A stretch of DNA of 64,000 nucleotides from Balanoglossus misakiensis. Lineage: Eukaryota; Animalia; Hemichordata. Shown here one piece after another: positions 55,762-64,000 of this stretch (position 1 is its first letter; each line of letters starts with the position of its first letter). A program made the translations under genes and the position numbers. A model generated the notes under the pieces. It was given only the letters and a program-made list of their open reading frames with translations, made no database searches and was not told the origin of the DNA. The DNA lies in assembly GCA_040954595.2 (NCBI GenBank), contig CM082582.2:4882303-4946302 (forward strand). The letters are read 5' to 3'.

Positions 55762-56534
55762 CGGTATCTTAGTTACACCATCGGTTATATTGTTTTAATT
55801 ATTCACTGTTCAGGTCCCGGTCTTCTAGTTGAGGATATAAACCCTGGCTCTAGCCAATCAGCGAGCTGGATTCACACCAAGCACAAGTATTATAATTAGA
55901 GGTTATAAACCCACCCGCCTGCAGCTTCTGAAAGATTTCGATTTGTGATTTCAGTCCTTCCAAAACACGCGTGGCGATTTGGTGCCCACATAAGAAATCC
56001 CGAATTAATTTCTCTTCGTCTTGTGTGAGCATCGCTGTAAATACACGCCGGCAGTAAATATCAAAATATGTCGTTTATAATCCTACTTTTCAATAAAAGT
56101 TTACCTATTCCGGTTTCTTTCGTGTGTGTGTGTGTGATTTTTTGGGCGAAACTGGCCTTACTGTACTAAACATTGCACTAGCATTCATGTGAAAGGTTGG
56201 AACTTCCATACATGTCAAACCATGTCTGCTACCCTACTTGTAAAAACATGGTCCTTAAACAAGGTCGCACACAACATCGGGTCAGATTAGGAATTGGCAA
56301 ACAATATGTGAACGAGTCCACAGGTGCAAATTCCCCCCGATCTCTGCTGTAGAAGACAGCGTTTGTTAATAAGCACACTTAAGGCAATTTCAGTTTCGGT
56401 CTCTGATGGTACATAGCATTGACTCTGGTTGACGGGTCAGGAGTTAGAATGTTTACAATTGTATTTATTGGGAAATTGAACATCTGGTAAACTGTATAAA
56501 ACTGAAAATGAGATGGCTATAGTAGGGTATAAAT

Positions 56535-57272
56535 ATGCTTTTATCACTGTGAAAAAATGCACAATATCGATCTGTTATGGCGCTCCACTATGCAACCGTC
56601 ATGACCCCCCAGGTGACCGTACGTCCTAGTACTGAAAAATACTTGTACCTTGCCTGTTACACTCTGGTACTTCAGTAGGTGTGAAAAATACACCACTGAA
56701 ATTTTGACGAGACAAATTGATTTAAATCCCTGTGGAGTGACAAGGATTATCCTGTGTATGTATGATGAAAATCCGTGATAAAATATAAGGGTCACCGCGC
56801 TTGTTTTTGAAATGCAGAGCCATGAATTTAGTCGATAATAGAAGAAAACTGCTGACTCAACATATGTCACCAATGGTTTGACTATGGGCGAAAACTTGAA
56901 CGAAATTTATCCCAAAATAGAGCGCGGTGACCGCACGATTTTATTTGACCAATTAATTTATATTTACTTGACTGAGCTATGTGTAAAATTTCGTGAAATA
57001 AATGACAATAGTAGAAGTTTGTTTTCTAGCAATTATCAATGTAGTCCTATGGGAAAAAGACACACGTGTACTGGTTATGTTCTGCGCGTACATCCTCAAC
57101 AGATATTTAGTGGCTCGCTATCTGAATTTATTTATTGCACATTAACACACATCTGAGCCAAGTTTGGTGCTTTTATCACTGTGAAAAAATGCACAATATC
57201 GATCTGTTATGGCGCTCCACTATGCAACCGTCATCATCTTATGACTCCCACGTGACCGTACGTCCTTGTACT
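56535..57272. repeat. Direct repeat of ~100 bp (56535-56632 and 57168-57272)
   Basis: TGCTTTTATCACTGTGAAAAAATGCACAATATCGATCTGTTATGGCGCTCCACTATGCAACCGTCAT...GTGACCGTACGTCCT occurs twice, ~630 bp apart. Confidence 0.85.
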
Positions 57273-59186
57273 TTACACGGTGTGAAATAGTCTGGTCCCC
57301 TGCCCCAATCCCACCGCTGGCTGCGCTACGCTAAGTGCTGCAAAGGGGTCAGGTACAGACATGCTTGTGACGTCAACTGACCGGATATTGTTGGTTTTAA
57401 CCACAGCAACGACTGCGATACAACCATTCTCTTCCTTGTTTTAATCATAGACAGTCGCTACTGTCTATGTTTTAATTCAATCACGAGCTTTCGAACCCCC
57501 AAATATTGGTTCCATATTTGAATGATATTTATGAAGATTTCTCACATGGTCATTAACCAATAAGTCGGGAAGGTTAGATTTTTATTGAAGGTACGTTATT
57601 CTGTGTGTCTTTGACAACTGGTCTAGTGCATTGCGACATTACCTAATTTTGCTGTTGCGCACCGCATACATGCCCACGTTCGTGTGAGACGCCATAAAAT
57701 GCATTAAGTATTTCGAGTCTGCAATTTTTACGCCTACACAGTCACAGTTCATTGATAAGTTAAAATCACACATCTCCTGCGTTTGATATTACATGTAAAG
57801 TGTATTCTCCTTTCAAACATAATTATGAGTAATGTCCATAACACGTATTCTGGGCACTACTTTGGTTGTTCTGTTATTTTTCTTATACCCATGTCGTGAT
57901 ACGATTATTGCTCTCGCGAGGTAAGTTGGTACATGAAGAGCCAATACTTGTTTTACAAATTTACAAAATATAAGAGGTTGAGAGCTAATATCTCAACAGT
58001 TACAGACATATCAGTGCTGTGGTATTGTTTTGATAATCTCCTCAAAGTTTTCAACCCCCTTTTGAACCAGTTCTGAAAATAGAAGCCTCCGTCAAATTGA
58101 CTTCTTTCTGGGTTAGGGGTATTCGATGGACATTCTATTCCCGTACATATTTTAAAAACATTTTCTAGATTTCGTGCATGGACCACGCTGAAGAACAAAA
58201 TCACCACTTTCTGTCATTTTTGGAACACTCATGGATATCCAGTTTCCCTGAGATGGGCAACCACCTCAAAATTCAACGAGACATATCTAAAATACATCTC
58301 AAAAAGCTTTTTAAATTCAACAATTACGCAATTTGCCAAATTTTTGTGTTTGATGTGTAATACTTTTTTTACGCTGACTATTTCTGATGGTACGTATTAG
58401 ATATGCGAGTTACTTGGTCACTTTACTCGTCATCCCAGAATGGTTAAAAAACATAAAAATATATGCTGTGGCTAAACAGGCCAAATCAATCCTAAACATG
58501 TACAATTTCATAAATCACCCAACACTTCTTGGCACTTAAGCTCCGTTATGCCATTAGCTTTGATAATCTTTACAGGAACTTGACTGGCCAGCCTTTGCTT
58601 GTTTGAGACACGGTTAACCGTGTTTGAGATGTCACTGGCCGTAACCGTGTTTTACCGAGCAATTTGAGGTGCCTGTTACGTTTGGTACTGATAAACTGAT
58701 GATTGATTGCTCGGATAAACATTAGGCCACTTCACTAAGGGATTACTCCCCTGTCGCGGGGCGTGGCAAAGGTCTTCGTGCATCAACGATTCAAAAGCGC
58801 TGTACAAAGTTTAATCTTGTGTACAGACTTTAGCCGTGTCCTTCACATTAGACATATTTTTATTTCCCCATTTAAAGGGAACACAATTTGTTCATATTTT
58901 TTTCCAAAGACCATGTGAACATAATGCATGAACAGCAATTAAAGCCCTCTGCAATATATCACCGCGTTTAACCAACCCATTGTCTCAAGCTCTCGTATTG
59001 TACACATTCATTCCATTGAAACTTTTGTTTCTTATCAGCATTGTCACCATGACCTATGAATTCACCTGCAGAGTAACTTGTTGTCCAACACCGGGGTGTG
59101 CGCACGCATCGCCCTATGAAACGGGTCTGCTAACATGCCTGCACAGAACCTTGGCTTGCTGGCCAACATCTGACCATCGGTAGTTA

Positions 59187-60340
59187 GGGACCGTTCAGTT
59201 TTTACGGCTGGGGGGCGGCAAGTTTGTGTCATCGGTTGTCAAAATCAGGCCGACCCCCCCCCCAAAAAAAATGATGACCCCTCCTTTGACAGGCCAAAAA
59301 ATATGATGACCCCCCCCCCATGCCGAAAACATTCACCGACCTGAACCTATGTACACTGTATGCAATAAAGGGAATGAGGCTCCTCACACCTCAATTATAA
59401 ATTTCTTAAAGTAATTGAAGTAAATAGTAGTATATCGTTGCATTAAAGAAATCTCTGAACAAATTAAAATGACAAGTCAATACAATGGTTGCTAGAATTG
59501 ATAAAACAAGAAAAGTGGCGGGGGTGGGCGTAGGAGGGGGTGTCCCCCTCCCACATAAGAACATTTTGTAAAATATGGTGCTCAAAGTTGCATTTTAATG
59601 AACTCAAAAGCAAATTAACTAAATGTTAGGGAGGACAAATTTAAATTTGCCACTCCACTCAATGTAAGCATCAGGGGGTGGGGTGGCAAGAAGTCTGCCC
59701 TGGTTCACTAGGCAAATCAGCGAATAAATGAAATGTGGCGAAGAATGGAGGGGGTGGGTGTGGGAGGGGGTGTCCCCCTCCCACACAAGAAAATTTTGTA
59801 AAATATGTAGCGCAAATTTGCATTTTAATGAACTCAAAATCAAATTATCTCAATGTTTGGGAGGACCAATTTAACTTTTTGCCACTCCACAAAATTAGAA
59901 GATTTGGCGTCATCTTCGTCATGACATCATTTATAAAACTTCTAGTATAGAGGATGCAGCGCGAAACTATCGGTTATGGAAAATGGTTTAAACGATTATT
60001 CTCTTTTATGTATTTACTTCGTTAAATATTATCATCGGTGGGGTTGGGGTGGCAAGCACTCTGCCCTGGTACACTAGGCAAACCAGCAAAAAATGAAATG
60101 TGACGGAGAATGAAGGGGGTGGTGTGGGAGGGGGTGTCCCCTCCCACATAAGAAAATTTTGTAAAATAAGGGCGCGAAACTGCAATTTTGTGGACTCAAA
60201 AGCAAAAGTTCGGTGGCAAAAGTATGTGACCCCCCCCTAAACGTTTCCAAAAAACAGTTGCCCCCCCCTTTGGATTTCAAAATTTAAGTGACCCCCTGGA
60301 TTTTGCCGCCCCCCCCCGGCCGTAAAAACTGAACGGTCCC
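59187..60340. mobile_element. Non-autonomous DNA transposon with TIRs and three internal tandem modules
   Basis: GGGACCGTTCAGTTTTTACGGC...GCCGTAAAAACTGAACGGTCCC-TTAA. Modules at ~59520, ~59750 and ~60115. Confidence 0.85.
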
Positions 60341-61097
60341 TTAATCGTTGGTTATTTCACCAGGTGCACCTTTAGCAATTCCACACATATTTTGCTTAAA
60401 ATGATGCAAAAACTTCTCCTGTATGAATGTTTACATAAAACCTTTCATTTCACTTGGTAAAATTGAAAAAAAAAATCTTTTAATTGCGGGTACTCCTTTT
60501 ACCCCTTGTAAGTGTAATCAAACTATGGTGTCACCATTATAATTTTTAAAAATAAGGTCATGATTTTGTCGGTAATGGAACGGAAACTGCTGAGTCTTTC
60601 ACCGTTGTTTCATTTTTGTGAGAAAAAAATCGATGAAGTTCAATGTGTATCTGAAGTGTTTCTGAGTGTATCTGAATATACAGTTGCATCATAGTAGTCA
60701 CTGCATTTCATTTCTTTTGAGTGCGCGATGCGCTAAATTTTATGCAAATGACAGCGTTCAACAATATACGACCAATATAGACTGTGCTTTTGTGTCTTGA
60801 ACAAAAACAGCAGAGGCTCGATCGATAGTTATAAAACCCGATTTAAAATTAGGATGTAATGTATGCCATAACGTTCTTGCGAGAGATAATAATCATTTAT
60901 TGCCACATAATGCCCTGGTGCAAACTACGAGCGCGACTAGAAACCGGTGTTCACTCACACAAGGGCCGGCGGCGACAATGGGGTGTTGAATTGACACATC
61001 AAACTCTGTGTCCCTTGGCAGGACCCGAACATTTGTGAAGACTTAAAAGATTGTGGTATTTGCTTTTTGCCTGGTCCGACCGTAGTTGATCAGTAGC

Positions 61098-62665
61098 ATG
61101 GCGGCAAGAACTGATAATTCGCCAGGTGAGTTTGCATGCACGAATTTATTGTCAACATATCTTGACCATAGCAAATTTCGCGAAACAATGATGCGTGTCA
61201 TTGTTAGGGAAAGTTATGAATCAAAATGTACAGCCACCTGGGCAACAGACTAAAGAGCTTGACAGACTGACATATATACAGTTTCGTGTACGGTGTGCCC
61301 TAGCTGCAGGATAGATACAAATCCACCATGAAAGAAGAATTATACTTATAATATTTAAAAGACAAGATGTTCTTAATTCTTTAATGATCGTAAATTATCT
61401 CCAACGCAGGAATCGACTGTACCTTCTTACTCATTGCGAGAAGATGGCAACAAGAGAAATGTGACGACTCAACATCGTTTGTCAACAAACAGTTTGCAAT
61501 TCAACTGCAAAAATCTGGATATGGCGTCCTATCAACTGCCCTTGAAGCAAGCAACGATGAAATGAAAGATGCCGAGCAGAAAGGCGTCACCTTGATATTA
61601 CCTAAAGAAATGCGCCGCTCATATAAAATAGAGAAAAATGATTGGTTGATGCATCCTAACAAATACTACAGAGAGTTGAAAACACACAAGAACGTGGCGT
61701 ATATTGTTGGTCATGTCAATCAAGAAGGCTATGACACTGTTGATGAAGCGATGTCTATGAAAGAAACATTCTTTAGGAATGCAAAAATCGTTTTGTTTAT
61801 TCATTTCATATCACCGCTTAGTGGTCACGGCGAATATAAACAGATAGGCGAGGATGACATAATGCAATTTGTAAAATACTCTGAATTAGTTGTTGCTGTC
61901 GGCCCCGCCTTGAAAGGCTATTACTTAACTTTTCTACATCCGTTGAGAACCGAAGTATTATGTTACTTGCCCTGTCCAGACGAGGAATACCTTAAATTGC
62001 CTATGAAAGTTCTGCCACAGGGGGCTGATACTGAGACCGTCACGGTGAAAAATTTCTCTGACAAAAAACAGTGGGATAACTGTGAGCCAATAGCTCCAGC
62101 TATGGCAAAAGTGACGCAGGATTGGGCTAATATGATGTCAGAATCTCTGGTGTGGAAGCTTTGTGATATAAATAGAACCGATATCGCCGCTTGCAAAGAC
62201 CATTTACTCAGTATATGCTCATCTCAACATCTGAGTATTCGCCAAGCCCCAATGGAAAGTTATACAAGCGGTCTTCCCACTGTTTTTCAACGGAGTGCAC
62301 TTCTTATCGATACAGGCTCAGAGTCGTTTTCCGTGACAGGTCTCAATGCCATTGCTGCCGGTCTGCCTGTCATTTTTGATGACAGGTCGAGCATTGCAAA
62401 ATTTTTGCATTCTGATTGTTTTCTCCAGACACATTGTGAGGAAATTTTGGTGAAATTAGGAGTGGGCGAATCAATTCACTCAGCCGCAGTCAAGTGGGCC
62501 GATAAAATTTCAACATGTGTCATTAGGAAAGATAAGGCATTTGCACGTGCCGCGAAATTGAGAGATAGCCTTAAGAAATCTATCAACGAGCCTGGTGGAG
62601 CTATTAAGCAGTCACATGACGACATAATCGGTCGGTTCAAAACCAGCTCTGACCAATCTGCTTAG
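61098..62665 (+). CDS. GT-B fold, family-4-like glycosyltransferase domain protein (~427 aa; exons 61098-61125 and 61410-62665)
   Basis: In-frame phase-1 splice (G|GTGAGT...CAG|GA) extends the 367-aa ORF. Motifs NKQFAIQL, DAEQKGVTLI, YIVGH, LVVAVGPALK and ESFSVTGLNAIAAGLPVI (compare GT4 E-x-FG-x-x-x-LEA-x-x-x-G-x-P-V). Confidence 0.75.
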
Positions 62666-63763
62666 ATAAAAGTGCGATTCACTTGTATGAGTAATGGTAC
62701 AGTTTTATGGAATTTCAAAACTGGAAGTTGCTTTATTCGGAGATTTGTTAGTGTATAACCACAAGACATTTGTCACATCTGGAATACTGTGAGTGTAGAC
62801 GGAAACTCTACGGAATTATCGCCATAACATTTTCTGTGGCCCTTTCATGTGTATTCAACACTCACTGTTGTCTGAATGTATTGATAAACTGACATGAATG
62901 AAATGTCCACTTCATAAGCTTATGAGGTGAACAATGGACCCTGTTTATTGGTATTTTATGCGGGTACGAGGCTGGGTTCTGGTACGAGGCTGTGTCACTT
63001 GACCAGCATCATCTCACAGCTGTTCCCGCCAGTGTGTGTTTGTGAAAAAAAAAATATTTTCTTTTCCCTACCCTTTTGGATGGATTAGTGTTGTCAATAA
63101 AGATTGACCTTTGACCCCAACACATGGTTTGCTGTGGTTATGCTAGCATAAAAACAAACATACGCCATTTGTTATGTTTTCAGACATGACTAGTAGTTAT
63201 ATGTGTAGATCGAACAAAAGAATTATTCTCTGATGTAAATAATGTAATTCATTGGATTTGCTCAGACATGATAGAGCTTTAGATTGTCGCAAATAAGTTG
63301 ACGCCAAAAAAATAATACTAAGTCAAGCTTAATTTTTACTGTGTTGAAATCAGAAAGCACTTTTTACATGTTTTACCGGCCACATACTTTCTTTTCAATA
63401 ATTGTGTTGTCATTGAAAATCTATTCAGGAAGATGTTTACATTTGGAATCGTAATGTAAAATAGACATTTAGGTGTTGAGTACTTTGACGTGGACAGTTC
63501 CGTATGTGCCTTATAGTATATTATCTTGTCATAGAGTCTAAGAGTTATACCATTCAAGTCGTTTTATTATGAAATCACTTGTTCAGAAATAAAGCTTTTA
63601 GAAACTGAAAATATACACAAGTTGTGATGCCACTTCAAGCAGTGGTGTTCCATGCTTTTTATCGTTCAATGCAAGAAAATTCAATTATTCCCATAAGAAA
63701 TGTTTGGACCAACGGCGGGAGGGGGAGAGAGACATAGAGGGAGAGAGAGAAAGGCAGAGAGAG

Positions 63764-63767
63764 ACAA

Positions 63768-63806
<39 letters not shown>
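63764..63806. repeat. (GACA)n microsatellite
   Basis: Direct reading. Confidence 0.9.
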
Positions 63807-63807
<1 letters not shown>

Positions 63808-64000
63808 GGGGGAGATTACAGGCGGGGCTTATTTTCACAAGGGAGGAACATGAAAGCAACCGGAAGTGTTATGTCCTTGAGCTATAGTCATGGCCCAGCG
63901 AATCGTTTCGGTACAACAACAGTGCGACTCGAAAGTAATATTAATTTTGAAAGACATTAAAGTTATGACTGACTGACTGGCTTGCGAATTAGCAAACTAG

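Noticed and set aside
57480-58560. Coding-looking minus-strand stretch including ORF 57953-58207
   Set aside because: Interrupted frames and no motif I can recognise; needs BLASTx.

Overview
Intron-rich, AT-rich animal genomic DNA. Gene structures and repeat types suggest a marine invertebrate deuterostome; this is inference only. The left half is a compact housekeeping cluster: PQLC1/SLC66A2 (-, runs off the left edge), TIMM21 (+), TMEM231 (-, with a U12-type last intron), two tandem GABARAPL2/ATG8 paralogues (+) and ADAT1 (-). The TMEM231-GABARAPL2-ADAT1 order and orientation match human 16q23. The most unusual feature, at 32.3-42.6 kb, is an inverted, tail-to-tail pair of paralogous secreted polyprotein genes. 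They share a promoter, a non-coding first exon, a signal peptide and an acidic pro-region, then carry 16-17 basic-residue-flanked copies of a proline-rich peptide, D-x-[RK]-PPPTM, which I do not recognise. The right half holds a tRNA-Leu(CAG), LINE and BEL/Pao fragments, a solo LTR, an SLCO/OATP transporter, a class A GPCR terminal-exon remnant, a stand-alone GT4-like glycosyltransferase and many MITEs. Exon coordinates were read by eye from splice signals and reading-frame continuity.
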